Shown here piece by piece: positions 1-12,239 of a DNA stretch of 64,000 nt. The stretch spans positions 36,084,001 through 36,148,000 of the forward strand of contig NC_086111.1 in NCBI RefSeq assembly GCF_963921235.1, written 5' to 3'. Under the pieces are notes generated by a model. The model worked only from the letters and a program-made list of their open reading frames with translations, did not search any database and was not told where the DNA came from. Each line of letters starts with the position of its first letter. Position 1 is the first letter of the stretch. Origin of the DNA: Mobula hypostoma. Taxonomy: Eukaryota. The position numbers were made by a program, and so were the translations under genes.

Positions 1-574
1 TCCTTCACATCAATCTCCCTAATCACCTCTGGTTCATTACACAACATGTTAGACCGCATCTACAGAGAGAGAAGAATAACTGAAGTTTTATGTCACAGAC
101 CGATCATCAGAATGGCAAAACCATAACAAAGTAAAGCCCCGAATGTCCAACTGGTTCCATCTTTCTAACTAAACTTCTAGTTAGCCACGCTGTTATTCTC
201 CTTTCACAACAGCAGCAGACATCAAGCTAGTGCATTATGCTGCACTTATCTCCTCCAAGCTAGTGGCCAAGTTTTAGAATTCATATTGTATGCCACTTTG
301 GAAAATATGTGACAAAGCTGTGTGGAACTCAATGTTGATGCTGGGTTTGAGAGAAAATGCTCTGTCATAATAAAACTTCAGCTAAGAAGATCTGATGGCC
401 ATAAATATCTAGGCTGCAGGCCCCAGAAATGTTTTCCACTCCTCTCCAAACTGTATTGACTTGGAGGCGGTAAACTTGCTCAACAAGCTTTCCACTTACA
501 TTGTCATGTTAGGTTGCCTTTTTCTTGCGCCACCATGTTCTTGAAGGAACAAATGATAATTATGGATAAAAACA

Positions 575-1745
575 CTGGGAACACAAACAAAATTCTGCAG
601 GAACTCAGCAGGTCAGGCAGCATCTGTGGAGAGGAATAAACAGTTGATGGTTCAAAATGAGACCTTCATCAGGTCTGGAAAAGAAGGGGGCAGACGTCAG
701 AATGTGGGGGGAGGGGGAGGGAAGGAGTATAAGCTGGTAGGTGACAGGTGAAACAAGGTGAGAAGGATAGAAAGTGGGTGGAGGAGGCAGGATGAAGTAA
801 GAAGCTAGAGGTGATTAGTGAAAGAAGTCAAGGATTACCAGAGGAGGAATCTGATGGGAGAAAACATAGGATCATAGAAGAAGGGAAAGGAGGAAGGACA
901 CCAGAGTGAGGTGATGGGCAGGTGAGAGCAGAGAAGGGTGAGAGAGACACCAGAATGGGGAATGAAGAAAGAGCGAGGAGAAATTATTGGAAGATAGAGA
1001 AATCAATATTCATACCATCAGGTTGGAAGCTACGCAGATGGAATATGAAGAATTCCTCCTCCAACTTGATTGTAGTCTCATCGTGACAATAGCAGAGGTT
1101 ATGGATCGACATGTCCAAATCAGAATGGGAAATTGAATTGAAATTGGTGGCTATCAGGAAATCCTGCCTTTTGCAGTGGATGGAGGGAAGGTGCTCAACA
1201 AATTGGTCCCCAATCTATGTCAGGTCTCAGCGATGTTTGGAAGGCTGCACCAAGAGCACTGGATAAAATAGATGACCCTGACAGACTCACAGGTGAAGTG
1301 TTTCCTCAACCTGGAAGGACTGTTTGGGGCTCTGAATGGTGGTGAGGGAGGTGGTGGAGGGGCAGGTGTAGCACTTGCCCTGCTTGCAGGAGTAAGTACC
1401 AGAAGAGAAATCAATGGGGATGGATAAGTGGACAAGGGAGTCATGTAGAAAGCAATCCCTGTGGAAAGCAGAAAGTTGGGGGGCGGGGGGGAGAGGAATG
1501 GCAGAATTTATGGAGAATGATATGCTGGATACAGAGGCTCGTAGGGTGATAGGCAAGGACAAGGGAAACCCTATCCTTGGTTATGGTGTCGGGAGAATGA
1601 AGTGAGGGCAGACGTGTGGGAAATTGAGATGCGGGTGAGGGCAGCATCGATGCTGGTGGGAGAGAAACCCGATTCTTTAAAGAAGGAGGACATCTCAGAT
1701 ATTCTGGAATGGAAAGCCTCATTGTGGGAACAGATACGACTGATT
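575..1745 (-). mobile_element. Penelope-like retroelement, 3' part (GIY-YIG endonuclease remnant plus pLTR with degenerate hammerhead)
   Basis: Minus-strand frames give KCYTCPSTTSLTTIQSPKQSFQV and FTCESVRVIYFIQCSWC..NIAET (Cys-linker plus GIY-YIG motif of PLEs, frameshifted). The pLTR end with CTGATGA..GAAC lies at ~641-676. Confidence 0.85.
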
Positions 1746-3163
1746 TTTTTGTGTTTGATGCCTCAGAGAATGATGACAGATGTATGAATGAAGGATGCTT
1801 GAGTGCCTGGAGAGTGAATGTCAGTGCATAGTTAGATGAAGTTTTCCAAGGTTCTGCCAGTGCAATAACTGAGGCACATGGTTGTAGATGGAATCGTACT
1901 TTCATCAGTCATCTCCAGACATAAAATGTCTTGCAGCCCCAGAGCCATGCCATGGTTCCAGGGTCCTTAGTGGATATCCAGGATAAATTCCCCCAAGAGA
2001 ATGTTTCAACTGCTATCGATTGCAAAATTCAGCCAATGACATTTGCAGTCGATTGGAGATTTTTCAATCTAATCATTTCGTCAAAAAGCTTGAAAAGATA
2101 AGCTTTAAATGAAATTCAAGCACAGGGCCTCCCAACCAACCTAATAATTATCTTTTATGTATCTGCAATAGGGTAGTATAAAAGGGGCCTCCATTTTGTA
2201 TTGCATTTCCATAGAAAAGGATTTTGTCAGCTACAGAACACTTCCCATATAATTAACTTGCTCAAAATTAGTGACAACTTCAGAAACTAATTCAATACGA
2301 CATGAAAGCATACATCAAGAGCTAATTGATTAATTGAACTCCACTCTTTACAGATTATAGACAATACAGTTAATCAAAGACTACTTTGACCAGTTTTGGA
2401 AAATTTCTTTCAAGCTTTTATTCTCACTGGTCTGCAAGAGGTATTGAAGAAACATTCAATGAACTGGGCAGTATGAAAGGAATCACTGTTAAGCTGGCTG
2501 TTAAACCCTACAAAACACCCAAATTCTTGTTTCACGTCCCCTCAAATTAAAAGTAGAGGCTGAATTGGAAAGACTGGTCCAGAATAAGGTATTGCTATTA
2601 ATGTGTGTAAGTAAATGGGCAATTCCAGTGGTTCATGTCCTATAAAGGGATGGGTCTTTAAAGTGGTGTCCTCTAGGAAACCATTAACCTGGCTCTTACG
2701 GCTGAACAATTCTTTCTTCGCCTCATTGATGAACTTTTTTTGCAGGATTGGCCAGAGGTCAGACAGCAAGGTAGACTGTACTTGCAGGTGCATTGGAGCC
2801 AGAGTCACAGGAACTGTTGACCATAGTGACTCACAAAGGAATGTTCAGCTACCGAAGGCTTCCCTTTTGGCATCACCTTGGCTCCCGCACTTCTTCAGCA
2901 AGTGATGGGCCAAATTATGAGCAGGTTGACTGGTGTGTAATGCTATTTGGATGACTTACTCAAAACTGGGAAAATGAGGGTAAGCATCTATTAAATCCTG
3001 GACGCTGCACTACAAAGACTTGAAGAATATGGGATAAGGGTCCGAAAGGACATGTGCAAGTTCTTTCGACCTACAATTGAATATTTGGGTCATGTGAAGA
3101 ACAACACAGGGCTTCACAAAGCACTATCAAAAGTGAAAGCAATTGTAGAGGCTCTATCACCAC

Positions 3164-3489
3164 GGTGTAGGCACTTGGCCAAGTGGTTAAGGCATTGAAC
3201 TAGCAATCTGAAGGTTGTGAGTTCGATCCCCAGCCGAGGCAGCGTGTTGTGTCCTTGAGCAAGGCACTTAACCACACATTGCTCTGCGACGACGTTGGTG
3301 CCAAGCTGTATCGGCCCTAGTACCCTTCCATTGGACAACATCGGTGTCGTGGAGAGGGGAGACTTGCAGCATGGGCAACTGCCGGTCTTCCATACAACCT
3401 TGCCCAGGACTGTGCCCTGGAGAGTGAAGACTTTCCAGGTGCAGATCCATGGTCTTGCAAGACTAATGGATGCCTTTAATTTAACTTTA
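3164..3489 (+). mobile_element. tRNA-derived SINE inserted in the Gypsy element
   Basis: A-box-like TGGCCAAGTGG and B-box GAGTTCGATCC, then GTGTCCTTGAGCAAGGCACTTAAC core and (TTTAA)n tail. TSD ATCACCAC at 3156-3163 and 3490-3497. Confidence 0.85.
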
Positions 3490-4411
3490 ATCACCACAGA
3501 ATGTAAGTCAATTATGATTGTTCTTCAGACTGCTACCATACTATGCAAAGTATGCTCCTTACCTATCTACAATGCTGAAAACACTTTATGAGTAAATAAA
3601 CAAACACACTTGCAGTGGACAGATCACTGTGAAGAGACTTCTAAAAAGGTCAAAACAGTTTTGCCATCATCTGAAACACTCACACACTTCAACCCATCAT
3701 TACCCATACAGCTGGCCTGCAGCACATTATCTGTGGTTTGGGGACAGTTAACTCATTGATCATGCCTTTATGTGAAGAGTGTCCAATCACTTTTGTATCA
3801 AGGATATTAAGCAAGGCAGAAAACCACTATGCCCAGGCTGAGCAGGAAGCACTTACAATTGTTTTGAAGTTAAATTCTGCCAATTCCTCTTTGGTTGACA
3901 ACTTACACCATAACAGATCATCACTCCTTGATGTTAATTTTTGTTCCACAAAAGGGCATTCCATCCCTGGCTGCTAGTTGAATGCAACGTTGGGCACTGT
4001 TACCATCTGCACATCAACACGATATAAAGCACGGGAGGTCCAAGCACCATTCAAATGCTGATGGACTATCTAGACTTCCCTGAGCTGTTATAGCCCCAGC
4101 GCCATCCCCAAAAGAGATCTTTTACTCTTCAGTTCTGATAACTGCGGTGCAAGTCCAGAATCACACACGTACTTACCCTGTTCTATCGAGAGTGGTGGAC
4201 ATGGTAATTCAAAAAATCTAGATCCAGTTGTAGAAATGGGACACAGGTCAGACAACGATTGCAGAATAGCTCTTAAGATCAAATGACTCAGCCAGTGCCT
4301 TCCCCCGACCCCCATCGCTTGTGCTTTTTGTGCCTCCTACTAACGATGCAGTACCCAAGCCAAAATCTATACTTACAGTACCACTAGATAATATGACTTT
4401 GGCATTATCTT

Positions 4412-5095
4412 TGGAGCTTGTATCAAACTTCAGATTCCTTGGTGTCCACATTTCCGAGGATCTCACCTGGTCCCTGAACTCCTCCATCCTGATCAAAAAT
4501 GCGCAACAGCACCTTTATTTCCTGCAGAGCATGAAGAAAGCTCACCTCTGTCCCAGGATACTAACGGACTTTTACCGCTGTACCATTGAGAGCATACTCA
4601 CCAACTGCATCTCAGTGTGGTATGGCAATTGTCCCGTATTGGACCGCAAAACACTCCAGCGTGTGGTGAAAACTGCCCAGCGGATTATCGGCACCCAATT
4701 GCCCACCATTGAGAACATCTACTATAAACACTGCCTGGGCAGGGCGAAAAGCATTATCAAGGATGCATCTCACCCTAACCATGGACTTTTTACTCTCCTC
4801 CCATCCGGTAGTAGCTACAGGAGCCTCCGCTCCCGCACCAGCAGGCACAGGAAGAGCTTCTTCCCTAAGGCTGTGACACTGCTGAACCTCTCATCACAGC
4901 ACTAAGCAGTATTGCACCCATATTGCACTGTCTCAGTACTTTTATATTTGTGTGCTGTAGCACTTTTTTTATTCTCAGTTATTTTGTAATTAACACTAAT
5001 CTTTGCGTTTCTGGTCAGAGGCCAAATGTATTTCATTGGTTATGTATCTGTACTCGGCACAATGACAATAAAATTGAATCTAATCTAATCTAATC
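4412..5095 (+). mobile_element. Rex1/Babar LINE, 5'-truncated 3' fragment
   Basis: ORF 4321-4905 reads FRFLGVHISEDLTWS..FYRCTIESILTNCISVWYG..HPNHGLFTLLPSG, and the element ends in an (AATCT)n tail. Confidence 0.9.
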
Positions 5096-5555
5096 CCCTG
5101 GACAACGGTACTCTAAGAGGAATAGGTGACTTCCAGACAGAATGAATCTATAGTTTAGTGACTAACCCTCAGCACATGGGGCAGAATGATTCCCAGGGTT
5201 ATGTCTGGGAATAAAAGCAGTCTAGCTTCTTTCCCTAGTTTAGAAAATATGTTCTTATTGCGAGTTAAATTTGATAATTACTCCATTGAATGCTAATTGT
5301 TCAGCAGCTGGTTTGTGTATAGGAAGGGGAAGAAACCTTCAAAATAAGGGAGGGAAGGATATGTTATGTATTCATGTATATTTTGACCCTTAAAGGTTGC
5401 TGTCGAGCTTCCCTGTGTGTAACATGCTGAACATTATGTGAGAGGCATTCTGGGTAGATGACTTACAAGCAAAGTAAACAGCTGTATGTTTGTACCTCAC
5501 CTCTCCGTCTCTTGTGTGCAGTATTCACAGAAACCCAGCTTCCCTCTACCCCAAA

Positions 5556-8500
5556 TATCAGAATCAGGTTTATTAACACCGGCATGTGACGTGAAATTTG
5601 TTAACTCAGCAGCAGCAGTTCAATCCAATACATAATCTAGCAAAGAGAAAATATAATAATAATAAAGAAAATAATAATAATAAATAAACAAGTAGATCAA
5701 TTATGTATATTGGGGGGAACGTCAACTCAGACCATGAGAGGCCTGCGTCGGGCATTTTCATGCCTTACAAGGCGCAGATTGGAAGTCTGTGTGGGGCGCC
5801 ACTCCTCACACAGACACTAGAGCAATGTGTGATTAAGTGCTTTGCTCAAGGACACAAACATGCTACCTTCAGAACACTAGACGAATGCCTTAACCGCTTG
5901 GCCACGTGCCCAACACATATATTGAATAGATTTTAAAAGTACAAAAACAGAAATGCGTATATTAAAAAAAAGTGAGGTAGTATCCAAAGATTCAATGTCC
6001 ATTTAGGAATCGGATGGTGGAGGGGAAGAAGCTGTTCCTGAATTGCTGAGTGTGTGTCTTCAGGCTTCTATACCTCCTACCTGATGGTAACAGTGAGAAA
6101 AGGCCATGCCCTGGGTGCTGGAGGTTCTTAATAATGGACATTGCCTTTCTGAGACACTGCTCCCTAAAGATGTCCTGGGTACTTTGTAGGCTAATACGCA
6201 AGATGGAGCTGACTAGATTTACAACCTTCTGCAGCTTCTTTTTGTCCTATGCAGTAGCCCCTCCATACCAGACAGTGATGCAGCCTGTCAGAATGCTCTC
6301 CATTGTACAACTATAGAAGTTTTTGAGCGTATTTGTTGACATGCCAAATCTCCTCAAACTCCTAATAAAGTATAGCCGCTGCCTTGCCTTCTTTATAACA
6401 CATCGATATGTTGGGACCAGGTTAGATCCTCAGAGATCTTGACACCCAGGAACTTGAAGCTGCTCACTCTCTCCACTTCTGATCCCTCTATGAGAATTGG
6501 TATGTGTTCCTTCGTCTTACCCTTCCTGAAGTCCACAGTCAGCTCTTTCGTCTTACGGACATTGAGTGCCAGGTTGTTGCTGTGGCACCATTCCACTAGT
6601 TGGCATATCTCACTCCTGTACACCCTTTCCTCACCTCCTGAGATTCTACCAACAATGGTTGCATTGTCCGCAAATATAAAGATGGTATTTGAGCTATGCC
6701 TAGCCACACAGTCATGTGTATATAGAGAGTAGAGCAGTGGGCTAAGCACACACCTCTGAGGTGCGCCAGTGTTGATCGTCAGCGAGGAGGATACATTATC
6801 ACCAATCCGCACAGATTATGGTCTTCTGGTTAGGAAGTCAAGGATCCAATTGTAGAGGGAGATACAGAGGCCCAGGTTCTGCAACTTCTCAATCAGGATT
6901 GTGGGAATGATGGTATTAACTGCTGAGCTATGGTCAACGAACAGCATCCTGATGTAGGTGTTCATGTTGTACAGGTGGTCCACTACCGTGTGGAGAGCCA
7001 TTGAGATTGCGTCTGCTGTTGACCTATTGTGGTGATAGACAAATTGCAATGGGTCCAGGTCCTTGCTGAGGCAGGAGTTCAATCTAGTCATGATCAACCT
7101 ATTGTCTATTGTCTAACATCTCAAAGCATTTCATCACTGTCGATGTGAGTGCCACCGGACGATAGACATTAAGGCGGCCCACATTATTTTTCTTAGGCAC
7201 TGATATAATTGTTGCCTTTTTGAAGCAAATGGAAACTTCCACCCGTAGCAGTAAGAGGTTGAAAATGTCTAAATACTCCTGCTAATTGGTTGGCACAGGT
7301 TTTCAGAGGCTTGCCAGGTACTCCATCAGGACCTTCCACCTTGCAAGAGTTCACTCTCTCTAAAGACAGTCTAACATTGGCCTCTGAAACGGAGATCACA
7401 GGGTCATCAGGTGCAGCAGAGATCTTCACAGCTGTAGTTGTGTTCTTCCTTTCAAAGCAGGCATAGAAGGCATTGAATTCCTCTGGTAGTGAAGCATCGC
7501 CGCCATTCATGCTTTTGGGTTTCGCTTTGTAGGAAGTAATGTCTTGCAGACCCTGCAGGAGTTCCCATGCATCTGATGTCACCTCCAACCTCGTTCAAAA
7601 TTGTCTCTTCATCCTTGAAATAGCCCTCTGCAAATCATACCCGGTTTTCTGGTATAGGCCTGGGTTGCCAGACTTCAATGCCACAGATCTAGCCTTCAGC
7701 AGACGAATTACCTCCTGGTTCATCCATGGCTTTTGGTTTGGGAATGTACAGTAAGACTTTGAGGGCACACACTCATCCACACAGGTTTTAATGAAGTCGG
7801 TAACAACTGCAGCATACTCATCCAGGTTCGAAGATGAATCCCTGAATACAGTCCGTCAACCAATTCAATGCAGTCCTGTCGGTGCTCCTGTGCTTTCCCT
7901 GTCCATACCTTCTTGGTCCTCACTGCTGGTGCTGCCTATACTTAGGGAGTAGAAGTACAGCTAGGTGATCAGACTTCCTGAAGTGAGGGCATGGAATAGC
8001 AAGACAGGAATTCTTGATGGTGGATTAGCAATGGTCCAGTGTGTTGTTTCCTCTGGTATTGCAAGTGATCTGTTGATGGTAGTGGCTCAGTGATTTTTCT
8101 CAAACTGGCCTGGTTAAAATCTCCCAAAATGATGGTGAAGGCGTTAGGGTGCGCTGTTTCGTGCATGTTGATCCCATTACTCAGATCATCTAAAGCCTGC
8201 ATGACATTGGCCTGAGGTGGAATGTAAACTGCTACCAAAATGTACCCAGAGAGCTCCCGTGGTAGGTAAAAAGGACGGCTAGATATTCCAGGTCTGGTGA
8301 GCAGGATTGGGACAGCACTGATATATTTGTGCACCAAGAAGAGTTGATCATGAGGCATACTCCTCCACCTCTGCTTTTGAGAGTCTCTATAGATCTATTC
8401 TGGCAGCATATAGTAAACCCATCAGTCTAGATCGCTGCATCCGGTACAGAAGGGGTTAACCAGGATTCCGTGAAACAAAGGACACACGTGGTCCTAATGT

Positions 8501-8700
8501 CCCTCTGATTCAGCACCCTAGCTCTGAAATCATCAATTTTATTCACCAGGGACTGCACGTTCACCAGCAAGATAGTCAGTAAAGGGAGTTTAAAACCCCA
8601 TTTCCTTAAATGCACTTGTAACTCAAATCTACACCCACACTTCCTCCGAGGTGCAATATGACAAATAACATTATCATCGCCGACAATTAACAAAGGCGTA
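5556..8700 (-). mobile_element. Near full-length, decayed Rex1/Babar LINE (APE endonuclease plus RT)
   Basis: Successive minus ORFs: [111 protein letters not shown]. Multiple frameshifts. Confidence 0.92.
5711..5916 (-). mobile_element. tRNA-derived SINE inserted in the Rex1 3' UTR
   Basis: The reverse complement starts GGCACGTGGCCAAGCGGTTAAGGCATT, the same head as the SINE at 3164. Flanked by the TATATTG duplication. Confidence 0.7.
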
Positions 8701-8724
8701 CTTCAAAGATGCATGCTTAGTCCA

Positions 8725-9565
8725 CTGCTCTGCTCTGTCCACACTCATGAATGTGTAGCTAAGCTCAGCTGAAGCATCATCAATAAATTTGCCAATGACA
8801 CCATTGTTGTCGGCCGAATCTTAGATGGTAGTAAGGAGGCATACAAGTGTGAGATAGACAAAAGCATGCACTCAACAACAGCAAGACCAAGGAATTGATT
8901 ATGGACCTCAGGAAGGGAAAGTCAGGAGAACACAACCATCACTCATGAGGGGTCAGGGGTGGAAAGTAGTAAGCAGATTCATGTTCCTGGGCATCAACAT
9001 TTCGGATGATCCATCCCAGGTCCAACACATTGATGCAACCACAAAAGAAGGGAAGGCAGCAGCTCTAGTTCATTAGGAATTTGAGAAATTTCTCGATGTC
9101 ACCAAAGATTCCAGCAGGTTTCTACCGATGTACCATGCAGAGCACTCTGACTGATTGCATCATCACCTGCTATGGAGTCTCCAATATGTACAATTGAAAG
9201 AGGCCATGGAGGATTTAGACTAAGCCTGTTCCATCACAGACACAACCCTCCCCACCATTGAGGACAACTTCAAACAGCGCTGCTTTTAGGAGACGGCATC
9301 GATCAATAAGGACCCTGCCTATCCAGGACATGCTCTCTTCTCGCTACTACCATCGGTGAGGAAATACAAGAGCACAAAGACACACACACAATGTTTTAGA
9401 AACTGCTTCTTTCCCTCCACCATCAGTTTTCTGAGCAGTCTGTGAACACTACCTTGGCGCTATTAATAACTTTATGTTTTGCAACTTATAGATTTTTATG
9501 TCTTGCAAAAGCAACAAATTTCACAAAATGTTCCAGTGATAACAAAACTGATACCTATTCTGATC
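8725..9565 (+). mobile_element. Old Rex1/Babar RT-to-3' fragment
   Basis: Reads AAATTTGCCAATGACACC (KFADDT-like), TTCCTGGGCATCAACATTTCGG and CCAGGACATGCTCTCTTCTCG, and ends in a (CTGAT)-type tail. Confidence 0.8.
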
Positions 9566-9743
9566 CTGAATATTTTGCTCTATTTGGAGACATTTTAGAT
9601 GAAAAGTAAGAAATAGCAACTTCCTCTGGAATTTTTTCATACTTCCATTTCTGCTGAGCAAACCCATCAGTTCAATTAGCCCAACACATATCAAAGTTGC
9701 TGGTGAACGCAGCAGGCCAAGCAGCATCTGTAGGAAGAGGTGC

Positions 9744-9779
9744 AGTCGACGTTTCAGGCCGAGACCCTTCGTCAGGACT
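9744..9779 (-). ncRNA. Minimal type-I hammerhead ribozyme motif (PLE-associated)
   Basis: Minus strand reads AGTC-CTGACGA-AGGGTCTCGGCCT-GAAA-C-GTC-GACT. Core CUGANGA/GAAA is intact, stem I is AGUC/GACU, stem II is AGG/CCU, and there is a GUC cleavage triplet. Confidence 0.8.
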
Positions 9780-10505
9780 AACTGAAGGAAGAGTGAGTAA
9801 GGGATTTGAAAGTTGGAGGGGGAGGGGGAGATCCAAAATGATAGGAGAAGACAGGAGGGGGAGGGATGGAGCCAAGAGCTGGACAGGTGATAGGCAAAAG
9901 GGGATACAAGAGGATCATGGGACAGGAGGTCTGGGAAGAAGGACAAGGGGGGGAACCCAGAGGATGGGCAAGAGGTATATTCAGAGGGACAGAGGGAGAA
10001 AAAAGAGAGTGAGAGAAAGAATGTGTGCATAAAAATGAATAACGGATGGGGTACGAGGGGGAGATGGGGCCTTAGCGGAAGTTAGAGAAGTCGATGTTCA
10101 TGCCATACTCAGGTTGGAGGATACTGTAAAGATGAAGCCATACTCAGGTTGGAGGACACGGCCTCCTCTACTGTAAAGATGAAGCCACACTCAGGTTGGA
10201 GGAACAACACCTTATATTCCGTCTGGGTAGCTCATTTTTATGCACACATTCTTTCTCTCACTCTCCTTTTTCTCCCTCTGTCCCTCTGAATATACCTCTT
10301 GCCCATCCTCTGGGTCCCCCCGCCCCTTGTCTTTCTTCCCGGACCTCCTGTCCCATGATCCTCTTGTATCCCCTTTTGCCTATCACTTGTCCAGCTCTTG
10401 GCTCTATCCCTCCCCCTCCTGTCTTCTCCTATCATTTTGGATCTCCCCCTCCCCCTCCCCCTCCCCCTCCAACTTTCAAATCCCTTACTCACTCTTCCTT
10501 CAGTT

Positions 10506-10541
10506 AGTCCTGACGAAGGGTCTCGGCCTGAAACGTCGACT
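10506..10541 (+). ncRNA. Minimal type-I hammerhead ribozyme motif (PLE-associated)
   Basis: AGTC 10506-09, CTGACGA 10510-16, stem II 10517-29, GAAA 10530-33, GTC 10535-37 (predicted cut after 10537), GACT 10538-41. Confidence 0.8.
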
Positions 10542-10640
10542 GCACCTCTTCCTACAGATGCTGCTTGGCCTGCTGCGTTCACCAGCAACTTTGATGTGTG
10601 TTGCTTGAATTTTCAGCATCTGCAGAATTCCTGTTGTTTG

Positions 10641-10915
10641 AGTTCAATTAGCCCACTTACTTTGCTGCAGTCTCTTGCAGAACCTGCTGATAAACTCCAT
10701 CCTGATCCACCCTCTCGTGGGTAGTTCCCAACCATCATTTAACCTACCACCTCAGACATCTTTGAGATGTGGGTGGAAACTGGAGCAGCCATCAGAACCA
10801 CTCCTGGTCACTGTGAGATTATGCAAATCCATTCTGACTGCACCACCGGCCGTGAACAAACATGGGTCATTGGAGCTGTGAAACAGCAACACCACTTGCG
10901 GTGCCAAAATGCCTT
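10641..10915 (-). mobile_element. Degenerate HE1/V-SINE-like element (split by the PLE insertion)
   Basis: ACATCTTTGAGATGTGGGTGGAAACTGGAGCA..GGTCAC..GCAAATCCA matches the V-domain pattern also seen at 22345 and 39560. Confidence 0.6.
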
Positions 10916-12239
10916 TTGCCTGGGGCCTGTGTGCACTTACATTACTTTGTTTTTAATCTATTTTTTGTCATTATCATGCAGTGATTTTCACTGCAAATTA
11001 CTCACTCCACAACTAGACTAATGAATTTCGACATTTATTCAATTTGTGTGGTTCAACGAGCACTTGAACAGTATTTAAAAGCCTTCTTGAGGGTTCACTG
11101 CAACTGGCTTCTACTTTTCAATGCATCACGGAAAACGCATTTTTCAACAAATGCACTTTTCAGAACTGCACATTCCTGTAACTTCATCAACCATTCATTC
11201 ATTTGTGTGATCAGCTTGTTTTTCCCTTCCCCTCCCTCTTTAGGAGTGCTCAGCTCATTTAGTTTAAGCTAACACACCAACTTTAATGAGCAAAGCTGAA
11301 GCAAGCAGATGATCTCAAATAGAGATCATCATCAAAGTGAAAACTCTGAATGCATCTGAATTTAGCCAATTCAATCAATTCCATTCTAATTTGACACTAA
11401 GCTAAATGCCAAAAACAAGGCAACAAATTAAACAATTGGGAATTAATCTGTGAACAGATGTTATTTTTGCTCCCTTCAAGCTATAACTATGTAACTGCCC
11501 ATAGACCTCTCTCATTGCACACTGGGTGGTGACATTTTGCTTACACAAAATCTTCAGCTAATTTAGTCTGGGGATTCCCAACTGGGTTTTTTTTTAATAT
11601 AACAATCTCTCTTCCCAATTGTAAATACAAACAAAAAATGTACAGTTTAAAAGCCAAATATTTTCTCTTTACAGAAAATGAATTTTAAGACATATGGTAA
11701 CACTTTATAACAATGACAAATTAGCTATCATGTTTAAAATCAGACTGTGTTTCAAACTCAATGTACATGAAAATAAATTTTAACCTAATTAATGATCACA
11801 AGTCTCAAAAATGGCAGATTCAATGTTAAAATCACCATGCTCAAACTTCCGAAGATTTGCCTCAATTTAAATTTTCCCCAGGGAAATTTACTTTATCTCC
11901 TTTGCAGTATTCATGCTACTGAATAGATAAATCTACTGCCAGGTCTTCTCAATGCATGACATAATTTAATCGAACAAGCCATTGAAATGGAGCCAGCTCA
12001 AGTTTAATACCTCTAGATATATACAGTTTAATACAACCATGTTATTCACCCAAATACAGTGCTGATCAAATCGAAAATTATGAGTTTTCTTGTTTTCTCA
12101 CCAGAACAACCATTTTTAATTTGGAATGAGTTCCTGGTTAACAAATGATAGCGAGCCGCAAATTACAGAAGCTGAATCAGGCTTTTCATTTTGTTTTTTA
12201 CTACTGTTGACAAGAGAAGGATGCAGGAGGTTGGGGTAA

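Larger units (their letters stand above)
2380..5545 (+). mobile_element. Degenerate Gypsy LTR retrotransposon (RT/RNase H remnant, most of integrase deleted, PPT and start of 3' LTR)
   Basis: Broken frames read KVEAELERLV, LLTIVTHKGMFSYRRLPFGITLAPA, CYLDDLL, FVSRILSKAENHYAQAEQEAL, HSNADGLSRLP. A purine tract AAGGGAGGGAAGGATA is followed by TGTTATG at ~5362. Interrupted by a SINE and a Rex1 fragment. Confidence 0.8.
9684..10640. mobile_element. Young non-autonomous Penelope-like insertion with inverted pLTR arms
   Basis: Perfect 15-bp TSD AGTTCAATTAGCCCA at 9669-9683 and 10641-10655. Near-identical inverted arms of ~360 bp at ~9682-10038 and ~10232-10602 (seen as mirror ORFs in the track). 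Confidence 0.9.

Noticed and set aside
1745-2130. Possible Harbinger transposase fossil (LLG..GYPLR on minus)
   Set aside because: A single short frameshifted motif with no TIR or further motifs.
3164-3240. tRNA-like sequence
   Set aside because: It is the head of a TSD-flanked SINE, with no complete acceptor stem.
9521-10724. Several 100-170 aa ORFs, including identical-looking pairs on both strands
   Set aside because: Artefacts of the inverted, purine/pyrimidine-skewed Penelope arms; not protein-like.
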